Assembly: GCA_965222155.1 (NCBI GenBank)
Contig: CBDCTH010000012.1
Location: 1,856,001 to 1,920,000, forward strand
Direction: 5' to 3'
Source of the DNA: Gammaproteobacteria bacterium
Lineage (GTDB): Bacteria > Pseudomonadota > Gammaproteobacteria > Eutrophobiales > Eutrophobiaceae
DNA: 64,000 nucleotides
The notes below the pieces were generated by a model. That model worked only from the letters and a program-made list of their open reading frames with translations. It searched no databases and was not told the DNA's origin. Below, piece by piece: positions 49,366-58,032 of the stretch (position 1 is its first letter; each line of letters opens with the position of its first letter). Both the position numbers and the translations under genes were made by a program.

Positions 49366-49728
49366 TCAGTTTTCTTCTCCAGTAATATAGCCTGCCAGCA
49401 GGTCCAACTGCCTGTCGGTGATTTCAGTGGGACGAAACGGCGGCATCAGTTTGAAACCTTCCCGTACCACCAGCTTTACATACTCGGGATCCAGGTTATC
49501 CCGGTTGAGCAGGGGCGCCTGATCTTCACTCAGCCTTTCCTGCAGGCGCATGGTCCCCGGGTGGCCCGGTCCTTCACCATGACAGGCAATACAATACAGT
49601 TCGAACAATGCCTTGCCATCAGTAATTGCTTCGATTTGCACGACTGCGGGCTCACCTGCTCCTGTAGTTTCACCCTCACCGCAACCTGTCGCTAACAACA
49701 ACATAACTACCACAGATATTTTAGCCAC
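49366..49728 (-). CDS. Monohaem cytochrome c lipoprotein (PchC-like subunit)
   Basis: LATGC lipobox, CIACH, VREGFKLMPPFRPTEI; start uncertain (49728 or 49788). Confidence 0.88.
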   Translation of the reverse strand: MAKISVVVMLLLATGCGEGETTGAGEPAVVQIEAITDGKALFELYCIACHGEGPGHPGTMRLQERLSEDQAPLLNRDNLDPEYVKLVVREGFKLMPPFRPTEITDRQLDLLAGYITGEEN

Positions 49729-49808
49729 AGAGAACACAGAGTGGATCGAGACTCTTGTTAATACACAGGTAGCTTGCATATTTATCATTTTATCTTATTC
49801 GCTCGACC

Positions 49809-49905
49809 CGTCATTCCGGCGAATGCCGGAATCCAGTGAACCAATCATCCTTATAATATAAGGATTTAATTTTTCGACTGGATTCCTGCTTGCGCAGGAA
49901 TGACG
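49809..49905. repeat. REP-like doublet
   Basis: CGTCATTCCGGCGAATGCCGGAATCCAG ... CTGGATTCCTGCTTGCGCAGGAATGACG. Confidence 0.8.
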
Positions 49906-49952
49906 AGTACGCTGATAACTTTATACTTTCTCTGTATCCTCTGTGGCTTTAA

Positions 49953-51605
49953 TCAACCCTGAGAGACCGGCCAGATGCCGCTTTTGCCCGGTGATAAAAT
50001 GCCATCCGGGTCAAGGGCCTGTTTCAGTCTATGGTGTAATTTCCATAGCGCCCCGTCGTTCCAGTTGTAGGTGCCGGCAATCTCGTCCATGAAATTAAGA
50101 TGGGTACGGTACTCACCATAACCCTGTTCGGCAAAATCATTAACCAGCAGGCCGAAACACTCATGGGCGCGGCGCCGTTCATCGTCATTCAGGCGATCAA
50201 AAACCAGTTGAAAGATATTCAGGAGTTCCCGCCATCCCACCAGGAACTCACCGATGTAATCGAACCCGTACTCATTCGCCCGATCTCTTATCAGTGTGAA
50301 CTGTTTCATGGAATCTTCGCCGGTGACAGGTGAACGCGGCGAGAAATCGATATGCGCGCCACTGCCTACCCAGTTCATTAAACTGAATTCGGTCATATTC
50401 GGTACGCCGCGCATAAGCTTGACCCGATAGCGCCAGGCCGGATCATTCGGCCGCTCCCCCTCAAAGAAAAATTTAGCGCCGGGGATGCTGCGAAAGGCCT
50501 CTTCCAGGACTTTCCAGTTGTTATCCATGATCGGTTCCGGTCCATACAGGGCGCCGTAAAAATTCCACATGCCGATGTCAAGATCTTCCGCCATCTTCTG
50601 ACGCTGGCGCATGGGCATGGGACCTTTACCGCTGTAATATTGCTTCCTGGTCGCCCTGGGGGCAGCTTCCCAGATCAGGCCCACGGTCGTCGCCGCATTG
50701 GGTATCAACATATTAAGGCGCAAGGGACCGACAACCTCAGTAATCCGGTAAAGATCTTCTTCGCGCGGGAAAGTCACCAGGTACGGCCGGTAACCGGGTG
50801 GCTCGGGCATCAACCAGATACCCACTTTGGTGATAATGCCGAAATTTGACTGGGTAAACATACCTTCCACCCAGGGCCCGCAGCCATACTTGTACAGGCC
50901 GGACGTAGCGGCGCCGGACAAGGCCCCCATACCGGTATCGACGACGGTGCCGTCGGCCAGTACCACCTGCATGCCGCAGTTCATCAGCAGGTGATCGCCA
51001 TAGGGCGTATAACCAGCGCCGTGCTCCGACAGGTTGCCCAGTACGCTGCCCCAGCCCGGGGCCGCAGGGTCTATCCATAATTTGCTGCCGCGCTGCTGCA
51101 GGTAATTATACAGTTCAAAATAGCTGACCCCCGGTTCAACCACGGCGTAACCGTGTTCCTCATTGACTTCGATAATGCGCTTCATGCGGTTCAAATCGAG
51201 AACGAAAAAACCGGGCTTGCGCGGCGCCGGACCGCCGTAGGCATAATTCTTGCCGGTGGAAACAGTCCAAAGGGGAATTTGATAATTGCGGGCAATGCCC
51301 AGGATGGCCTGAATTTCTTCAACGGTCCTGGGCGCAACCGCTGCGGACGGCATATTTGCCTCGTCCGGTAGCGTGGAATAGACATCCCGATACGTTCTCA
51401 GTTCCTGTTGTTCATCGGTAATCACCCACTCAGCACCGACGACCTGACGCAATTCCTCAACGGCCTGGTTGTACCCGGCAGGCGTCAGGGTCTCCGGCAG
51501 GGGTTTTCCTTGTGCTTCATCTGCTGCGGCTATCCCGCTACCGGCGGCCAGGGGCGCGCCGGCAGCCGCGAACGATGATTTCAGGAAAATTCGTCTGGAT
51601 AGCAT
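49953..51605 (-). CDS. Tat-exported VAO/PCMH family 4-alkylphenol-oxidising flavoprotein (PchF-like)
   Basis: SRRIFLK twin-arginine, GKNYAYGG, GYTPYGDH, NWVGSGAHIDFSP, GEYRTH, LSPGKSGIW. Confidence 0.9.
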   Translation of the reverse strand: MLSRRIFLKSSFAAAGAPLAAGSGIAAADEAQGKPLPETLTPAGYNQAVEELRQVVGAEWVITDEQQELRTYRDVYSTLPDEANMPSAAVAPRTVEEIQAILGIARNYQIPLWTVSTGKNYAYGGPAPRKPGFFVLDLNRMKRIIEVNEEHGYAVVEPGVSYFELYNYLQQRGSKLWIDPAAPGWGSVLGNLSEHGAGYTPYGDHLLMNCGMQVVLADGTVVDTGMGALSGAATSGLYKYGCGPWVEGMFTQSNFGIITKVGIWLMPEPPGYRPYLVTFPREEDLYRITEVVGPLRLNMLIPNAATTVGLIWEAAPRATRKQYYSGKGPMPMRQRQKMAEDLDIGMWNFYGALYGPEPIMDNNWKVLEEAFRSIPGAKFFFEGERPNDPAWRYRVKLMRGVPNMTEFSLMNWVGSGAHIDFSPRSPVTGEDSMKQFTLIRDRANEYGFDYIGEFLVGWRELLNIFQLVFDRLNDDERRRAHECFGLLVNDFAEQGYGEYRTHLNFMDEIAGTYNWNDGALWKLHHRLKQALDPDGILSPGKSGIWPVSQG

Positions 51606-51608
51606 GGG

Positions 51609-52361
51609 TCAGGAACTCTGGTCCAGGTTGAGTTTTAAATGTGAGCCGTCACACCAGGGCTTGGTTTTCGAGTACTTGCAACCGCACAGTGCAACGTGCT
51701 GGAAACCATCCAGTTTAAATTGCAGCGGCACGCGTCTTGTTTCCTTGTGGGAACCATCGCAGAACGGCTGATTTTGAGAACGACCGCAGGCGCACCAGTA
51801 ATACTCACCCTTGTCCAGGTTCATCAGGTAGGGTGAATTACGACTGCCATCAAGGAATTTGGCCTTTACCCAACCCTCGTTGTACGGACTCACCATGTTC
51901 AGCTTCAATTCCATGGATTGGAACAGCCAGCGTCCGTCCTGCTTGACGCACTGACAGTCGTAGGTACCGCCAATCCAGTGGGATTCAGCCTCGTCGGTGT
52001 GGGGGTTGGGTACGGTTGCCGATTCCCACAGGTACCAGAATACCGTGGCGCTGAGACCATCAGGGGCGATGTCGATAAGCGGAGAAATCATATAGTGTAA
52101 CGACCACCAGATTTTCTCACCGGCAATCCCGCGCAATCCCCTTGCCAGTTTATCCCGGCCATGGTATTTGCCGAACCCTTTGCATTCCCAGGTACCGTCT
52201 TCTGCAAAACAGGGGCCGATGATTTCCGGGTCATTGCCGCGATCACAACCCCTGGCATACGTTACTATCAGGCGTTGTAGCGCATCTACGTCTTCGAGAC
52301 GGCTCAGTTTGGCATCCAGTTTTTCCAGTAATCCCTTTATTTCCAGAAGATCATTGCTCAT
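51609..52361 (-). CDS. SnoaL/NTF2-fold protein fused to tandem CDGSH [2Fe-2S] domains
   Basis: YARGCD...FAEDGTW...SLHYM...GGTY...DGRWLF, then WCACGRSQNQPFCDGSH and LCGCKYSKTKPWCDGSH. Confidence 0.88.
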   Translation of the reverse strand: MSNDLLEIKGLLEKLDAKLSRLEDVDALQRLIVTYARGCDRGNDPEIIGPCFAEDGTWECKGFGKYHGRDKLARGLRGIAGEKIWWSLHYMISPLIDIAPDGLSATVFWYLWESATVPNPHTDEAESHWIGGTYDCQCVKQDGRWLFQSMELKLNMVSPYNEGWVKAKFLDGSRNSPYLMNLDKGEYYWCACGRSQNQPFCDGSHKETRRVPLQFKLDGFQHVALCGCKYSKTKPWCDGSHLKLNLDQSS

Positions 52362-52382
52362 ACCTGTCACCCAGGAGTCTGT

Positions 52383-52438
52383 TTAGACAACCGTCATTCC
52401 GGTTAGACAACCGTCATTCCGGCGGATGCCGGAATGAG
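52383..52438. repeat. 20-bp tandem duplication with REP-like hairpin
   Basis: TTAGACAACCGTCATTCCGG x2 then CGGATGCCGGAATGA. Confidence 0.75.
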
Positions 52439-52454
52439 GCGTAGTAATGAATTG

Positions 52455-53699
52455 TCAGGCTACCCGTTTCGTTTTTTGTTTGCGTCCCTCAAGCTCTGCC
52501 GCGTAAGCCTTGTAGCGGGTTATCAACCAGCGGTTGAATTGCGGCAAGGTTGCCTCTTTAGGGGCGTAACGCCCGCGCGGCGCAAAACGTGAACGCAGGC
52601 CCTTGTGAACGTTGGTGTTAGCGCCGGTATCCTGGTCATTCAACGTTTCCAGACCCATGACAACAGCCTTGAATATGATATCGAAATTATCCATCCGCAA
52701 TGTGGATTTAGGATAGACGAAACCGACCCGGATGGTCATGGCGTTGGCGCCCTGTGGCAGGATACAGTAATAAAAACAACCGTCAGGCACGCAGCCGAAA
52801 AACAGGTTGGGCAGGATACAGGCGAACATCACCCGCTTGCGTTCATTCTCGGTCAACCCCTCGATCACGGGAAACAGGCAACTGAAAGCAGAGGTAAAAT
52901 TACCGTCCAGCTCCAGGAACCCGGTAGGATGAAATATGGCGCCGTCATCGAAATCGTCCCATTCGGCGAACGTGGCCAGCTTGGAAGGAGCAAAATCGTG
53001 CGGTCCTTTGTGCAGATACCAGGTGTGATGAGGCTCAATGGCATTCTCGTGCATAAACTTCCAGTTCCACGGACTTGGTCCCCAGTCAACCGTAGGCACG
53101 CCTCCCATCTCTGCAAGGTGATGGTTTTCAATTTCCTTGCCGAGCCGTTTCAGACGGGGGGCAAGGGGTTTTGCGTTGCCGTCCATGTTGATGAAGATGA
53201 AACCGTTCCACACTTCGGTACGGAGTACGGGCAGGCAATATTTCTTCTGTAATTCACTCAGGCCGGCATGGGCGTCCATTTCCGGGGCGCTTACCAGCTT
53301 GCCCGTTTCATCATAGGACCAGCCATGGAATGGACAGGTAAAAACCCGGGTATTGCCTTTTTCCTCGCCCAGCAGGTGACCGCGGTGCCGGCACACGGCA
53401 GACATGACCCGCACGCCGCCGTCATCCCGCCGCTGCACCAGGAGAGGGTCTTCGTTGATCGTAATGGACACGTAATCGCCCGCCTGTGGTATCGTACCCA
53501 CGTGCCCCACACAGATCCATTCCCTGTCCCAGACTGCCCGCTTCTCGAATTCAAACCACTCTTCGGAGGTGTAGACTGCCGGCGGCATGCTAAGGCAATC
53601 CTTTAATTCAACATTGGATTCGTCAAGCTGTCCTAATATCTCACGCAGGTGATCGGTCAACCTGATATCAGGTAAGGTATGTGTGACATAATCGGTCAT
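52455..53699 (-). CDS. Rieske non-haem iron oxygenase alpha subunit
   Basis: CRHRG...CPFHGW; NWK...ENAIEPHHTWYLH...QD mononuclear iron site. Confidence 0.93.
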   Translation of the reverse strand: MTDYVTHTLPDIRLTDHLREILGQLDESNVELKDCLSMPPAVYTSEEWFEFEKRAVWDREWICVGHVGTIPQAGDYVSITINEDPLLVQRRDDGGVRVMSAVCRHRGHLLGEEKGNTRVFTCPFHGWSYDETGKLVSAPEMDAHAGLSELQKKYCLPVLRTEVWNGFIFINMDGNAKPLAPRLKRLGKEIENHHLAEMGGVPTVDWGPSPWNWKFMHENAIEPHHTWYLHKGPHDFAPSKLATFAEWDDFDDGAIFHPTGFLELDGNFTSAFSCLFPVIEGLTENERKRVMFACILPNLFFGCVPDGCFYYCILPQGANAMTIRVGFVYPKSTLRMDNFDIIFKAVVMGLETLNDQDTGANTNVHKGLRSRFAPRGRYAPKEATLPQFNRWLITRYKAYAAELEGRKQKTKRVA

Positions 53700-53833
53700 G
53701 GCAATCCCCAGGCAGAAATGAGCCTATATCTGATTTATTATACAGTTGGTTTTATCCCTAATAATATACATTAAATCCATGTATATTGAAAAGATTGGCG
53801 ATATTTCTTTCAGTAATCAGGCAGGAGAAAATT

Positions 53834-54061
53834 ATGACCAGCATTACGGAAAAGAAAAAAATAATCAGTGATTTTATCAGGCAATGTAATGACTATGCCG
53901 ACGGTCAAATCAGGAAATACCAGGCCCGATTGGATAGCGTCGAAGATATGGAAGCCCTGGATATCGAGACAAAAATTTATCATTGGAAGGTCTACAGAGC
54001 GTTCAACGCCTATTCCATTGAAGAACTGAAAACCGACGAACTGGACCCCTGGTTTGATTAG
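53834..54061 (+). CDS. Small hypothetical protein
   Basis: RBS AGGAG, 75-aa ORF ending ELDPWFD. Confidence 0.65.
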   Translation: MTSITEKKKIISDFIRQCNDYADGQIRKYQARLDSVEDMEALDIETKIYHWKVYRAFNAYSIEELKTDELDPWFD

Positions 54062-54105
54062 TCACAGAGGGTGAAATACCCCCTCTGTGACTGGATATAC
54101 TTGAC

Positions 54106-55530
54106 TCAGAGAGGTTCTGACAGGAAATCCCAGAAGACCAGGAAAAAGATTGTCGACAGTACCAGGGTCAGCAACATGGCCGGCGAGCCTTTCCTGAACC
54201 AGAGTCCGGGAGTGATACGCAGGCTGGGATCGTTCTCGATTCTTGCCAGGCGTTCCGAAATCGTCACAATGTACACGTTTGCGGTCGAACCGATATGGGT
54301 CCCGTTGCCGCCCATGCCCACGCCTATGGCCAGTCCCCACCATAGCGGTGTCACGTTAATGCCCACCGTCTCCATACTTAAAATAATCGGGATCATGGCT
54401 GCCGTGAAAGGAATGTTATCAATGGCTGCAGACAGAACCGCGCCAACCCACATCAGGATAATGGTCGCCATCAGCAGGTCCTGTTGTACAAAGGGTGTAA
54501 TAAACTGGCCAACGTACATGAGGAACTGGCTGTGCTCCACACCTCCCACCAGCATGAACAGTGAAATAAAGAACACCAGCAGGGTAATTTCGACGTGTTC
54601 AAACGTATGGTCCATGGTGATCTTGCGGGAGACGTACATCAGCGCCACCATGCCTACTGCCGCGACAAACCATGGGTCCCAGTGCAGTGCAGTGTGGAGC
54701 ATGAAGAGAATGACCATGAGCCCGAGGATGACGATAGAAGCGTTCCATACCCTCTTGTTTTTCACCTCTACCAAATAATCGGACACGTCTTCAGGTATCT
54801 GGGCAAGTTCCTCTTTGAACAGGTATTTCAGCAGGATCAGCACGCCTATCCAGGCAATGAGAACCGGTGGAAACATGTGGATAGCAAAATCGTTGAATGA
54901 GATATTTGCCGCGGAACCAATCATCAGGTTCGGGGGGTCGCCTACCAGGGTAGCGACACCACCTGTATCAGATAACAAGGCTGCCGCCAGCAGGAAGGGG
55001 ATCGGGGTAACCTTTTGCGCCCGGGCAATCAGGATGATAAGCGGACCAAATATAACCACCGTGGTCACGTTATCCAGCAACAGGGATAAAACGGTAACAC
55101 AGGTACCGGTCAATGCCAGTAATAGATACAAACGACCCTTACTGAAATTTGCGATCCGGTAGGCCAGCATATTGAAGCCGCCGGTGGGTATCATGATGGC
55201 AACTACCGTCATCATGGCGCCCAGCAGGAAGACAACGTTCCAGTCCACGGATTCGACTGCCAGCCCAGGCGAGTAAAATCCATAGAGTTGCCCTACAATC
55301 ACCATAACGACGGCGCCGCCTGCCGCCACTTTCATGCGTTCCAGACCATGTATCATTTCGGTGAATATGCCGACAAAAGTCAGCGCCAGCACGAGTGCCG
55401 ACACCAGCATCGCCTCACTGAACACTAATGGGGCATCGATACTTACAGACTGCCCGTGACCGGACTCGGCAAATGCCAGAATTGGAAACAATGCAACCGC
55501 CAAGACACTGAAAATGGTTCTTTTTATCAT
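54106..55530 (-). CDS. ArsB/NhaD (IT superfamily) permease
   Basis: LLDNVTTV, GGVATLVGDPPN, IDNIPF, GGNGTHIGSTAN. Confidence 0.92.
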   Translation of the reverse strand: MIKRTIFSVLAVALFPILAFAESGHGQSVSIDAPLVFSEAMLVSALVLALTFVGIFTEMIHGLERMKVAAGGAVVMVIVGQLYGFYSPGLAVESVDWNVVFLLGAMMTVVAIMIPTGGFNMLAYRIANFSKGRLYLLLALTGTCVTVLSLLLDNVTTVVIFGPLIILIARAQKVTPIPFLLAAALLSDTGGVATLVGDPPNLMIGSAANISFNDFAIHMFPPVLIAWIGVLILLKYLFKEELAQIPEDVSDYLVEVKNKRVWNASIVILGLMVILFMLHTALHWDPWFVAAVGMVALMYVSRKITMDHTFEHVEITLLVFFISLFMLVGGVEHSQFLMYVGQFITPFVQQDLLMATIILMWVGAVLSAAIDNIPFTAAMIPIILSMETVGINVTPLWWGLAIGVGMGGNGTHIGSTANVYIVTISERLARIENDPSLRITPGLWFRKGSPAMLLTLVLSTIFFLVFWDFLSEPL

Positions 55531-55676
55531 TATAACTTCCTGATTATTAATATAATTAAGCCAACTCTTACAGTTGCGACTGAGCAGATCACGGCATGGA
55601 CGGAGAGATTATAGTACCTGAAATTTATATAATCAATGTTACGCAATTATTACGTCGTTCTCGCTAATGAATATTT

Positions 55677-55893
55677 GGGGTCAGAGTAAAAATACCCTGG
55701 AATAAACCAGCAACGCCTGTCAGTGATTGTATTTTTACTCTGAACCCACAAATCCGCCAGGAGCGGATTTGCAAAGTACGTCCTGTACTTTGCCCTTGCA
55801 GGGCCAGTCTCGCTACGCTCGACTGTCCAAATCTGTTCCATACAGATTTGTGGACGTCCGAAGGACGCCCTATGTGCCAGGGAAGGCGCACAT
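55677..55893. repeat. Composite palindromic repeat region
   Basis: GGGTCAGAGTAAAAATAC...GTATTTTTACTCTGAACCC, then CAAATC(C/T)G...GATTTG hairpins and GCCAGGGAAGGCGCACATC, whose reverse complement occurs near 59531. Confidence 0.75.
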
Positions 55894-55935
55894 CAACTAT
55901 ACCGCAATATCCCGGTTAAGATATAATAGGTTCCC

Positions 55936-56562
55936 ATGATGACTGGGCAATCACTGAAAACAGGTCTCATGGTAACAGGCCTGGTTGTACTGGCAACCAT
56001 CTTCGGCGTGCTGACCGCAAAATACCAGCAGCAGGCGCAACCCGATATCCAGGGGTTGCTTTGGCCTGAACCGAAGACCCTGGCTCCGTTTACAGCCGTT
56101 GATCATGAAAGCAACCCGTTTACCCTGACTAATCTGCTGGGAAAGTGGTCGTTCCTGTTCTTCGGTTTCACGCACTGCCCCGATATATGCCCGGTCACGC
56201 TGGCAGCCATGGACAAAGTGCACAAGCAACTGGAGCAGACACAGAACGTACAAACCGTATTCGTTTCGGTTGACCCGGAACGGGATACGCCGGTGCGCCT
56301 GGATAAATACGTCACCTCTTTCAATCCGGAATTTATCGGCCTTGGGGGTTCGGTTGAACAGATTGCAAGTCTGACGGGCCAGATCGGCCTCCCCTATTTT
56401 CTGGATAAAGCGGAGAGGCAGGAAAACTATCTCGTGGACCACGGCACATCATTATTCCTGATTGATCCTCAGGGTCGGCTGGTGGCGATATTTTCCACTC
56501 CTCATGACAGCCGGAGCATCACTGACAGGTTTAACCGGATCCGTCATTTCATTGATGGTTAG
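55936..56562 (+). CDS. SCO1/SenC family copper chaperone (unrelated to selenoneine SenC)
   Basis: FGFTHCPDICP, SVDPERD, YLVDH. Confidence 0.95.
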   Translation: MMTGQSLKTGLMVTGLVVLATIFGVLTAKYQQQAQPDIQGLLWPEPKTLAPFTAVDHESNPFTLTNLLGKWSFLFFGFTHCPDICPVTLAAMDKVHKQLEQTQNVQTVFVSVDPERDTPVRLDKYVTSFNPEFIGLGGSVEQIASLTGQIGLPYFLDKAERQENYLVDHGTSLFLIDPQGRLVAIFSTPHDSRSITDRFNRIRHFIDG

Positions 56563-56619
56563 CCATCGTCCTGTTATTTTGGTCTTTCTGTTTCCCGTTA
56601 CTCCCAGGCAGGTGCGGAC

Positions 56620-57465
56620 ATGTGGAAGCTGATCAATATCTTCCTCCAATACGTCGTACCGCACCACCTGCTCTCCAGGTTGATGTACGGAGCAACCCGT
56701 TGTTCGTGGCGTCCCTGGAAAAATGCCCTGATTCGGCTATTCATCCATAAATATAACGTTGATATGAGCCTGGCAGAGAAATCTTCTGCGCATGAGTTTG
56801 AGACTTTCAACGATTTTTTCACTCGCAGCCTGAAACCTGGACTGCGACCCATATCCATGACAGACAACGGCCTGATCTCGCCCGTAGACGCCGGTATCAG
56901 CGCAGCAGGAACCCTTGAAGACAAGCAGATTTTCCAGGCTAAAGGCAAGGATTACTCACTTGCAGAACTGGTCAACGGAGACGAGGAACACGTCAGATAT
57001 TATCAAAATGGCAACTTCATTACACTTTACCTGTCCCCTCGGGATTACCATCGGGTACATATCCCCAGCGACGGAAAATTGCGCTATATGGCTTACATCC
57101 CCGGCCGGCTGTTTTCCGTCAACCCGACGAGTACGAATTACATTGATAAATTGTTTGCCCGGAATGAGCGTGTAATTACCACCTTTCAGTCAGCGACCGG
57201 CATGTTTTCCATTATTTTTATAGGTGCAATTTTCGTAGGTTCCGTGGAGACGGTATGGCATGGGCAAGTCACCCCTGCTGAAAAACGGGAATACTCCTGT
57301 TGGCATTATGATCCAGGCATGGTTTTCACACAGGGAGATGAAATCGGGCGCTTTAATATGGGCTCAACGGTGATCCTGCTGACGGAACCGAATAAAATCA
57401 ACTGGGCCGTGCCCGGCAAATGGGTGGCCATGGGTCAGCAAATAGCGGTGAGAAATGCGGGTTAG
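56620..57465 (+). CDS. psd: Phosphatidylserine decarboxylase
   Basis: FNDFFTR, SPVD, QAKG, YLSPRDYHRVH, NERV, FNMGST cleavage site. Confidence 0.95.
   Translation: MWKLINIFLQYVVPHHLLSRLMYGATRCSWRPWKNALIRLFIHKYNVDMSLAEKSSAHEFETFNDFFTRSLKPGLRPISMTDNGLISPVDAGISAAGTLEDKQIFQAKGKDYSLAELVNGDEEHVRYYQNGNFITLYLSPRDYHRVHIPSDGKLRYMAYIPGRLFSVNPTSTNYIDKLFARNERVITTFQSATGMFSIIFIGAIFVGSVETVWHGQVTPAEKREYSCWHYDPGMVFTQGDEIGRFNMGSTVILLTEPNKINWAVPGKWVAMGQQIAVRNAG
57447..57465 (+). mobile_element. Solo MITE terminal repeat forming the psd 3' end (VRNAG*)
   Basis: GGTGAGAAATGCGGGTTAG resembles TIR GGTGAGAAATCCGGGTTA. Confidence 0.6.
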
Positions 57466-57467
57466 TT

Positions 57468-57779
57468 CTAATTCGGTCTGTTGCTTCCCGATTTCTGCCC
57501 CTTGTAGATAAAGCCGGGGAAAGCAAAGACCACGAATAAAAAGAACGTGACTGCGTAGAACTCCCAATCCTGCGCATGGGTTTCTCCCTGCATTTTTTTC
57601 TCAACTCCCAGAGCCAGCAACCCCGCAAGAAAATACAGTATCAACCACTCAAGCAGACACATCCAGACCTTTTTTCTCTCCGGTCTGATAAACAGCAGGA
57701 AACGTCCATAAAACCAAGGGACGTTAGCCAGAAAAACAGTAACGATAATCAGCAGCCAGGTAAGATTACCCGCGGACAT
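57468..57779 (-). CDS. DUF2818 family membrane protein
   Basis: ANVPW, EWLILYF, QDWEFYAVT...FAFPGFIY; usual position after nuoN. Confidence 0.88.
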   Translation of the reverse strand: MSAGNLTWLLIIVTVFLANVPWFYGRFLLFIRPERKKVWMCLLEWLILYFLAGLLALGVEKKMQGETHAQDWEFYAVTFFLFVVFAFPGFIYKGQKSGSNRPN

Positions 57780-57791
57780 CGGCAGGAGATA

Positions 57792-58032
57792 ACCCGGATT
57801 TCTCACCAGTTGATGCGATGATCGCGCTGGATTTTTGCCGCCAGCGGGTGCCTGCGACCGAAAGCATAGCCGTAGCTATGGTTGAGGAAGCACGTGCCCG
57901 CTGGCGGCAAAAAGACAAGCGAGGGCGCATCAAGCGCAGTCTGTTATGTCGATATAGTGAGCAGATTTTCATACCGTATTGACAGCAAACAAATATCCGA
58001 TGGCAACAAGCGGACTGGTGAGAAAACCGGGT
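57792..58032. mobile_element. MITE, 241 bp, TA-flanked, at the nuoN stop
   Basis: TIRs ACCCGGATTTCTCACCAGT / ACTGGTGAGAAAACCGGGT. Confidence 0.88.

Noticed and set aside
55936-56562. SCO1/SenC gene as part of the selenoneine pathway
   Set aside because: Name coincidence; it is a CxxxC copper chaperone, whereas selenoneine SenC is SelD
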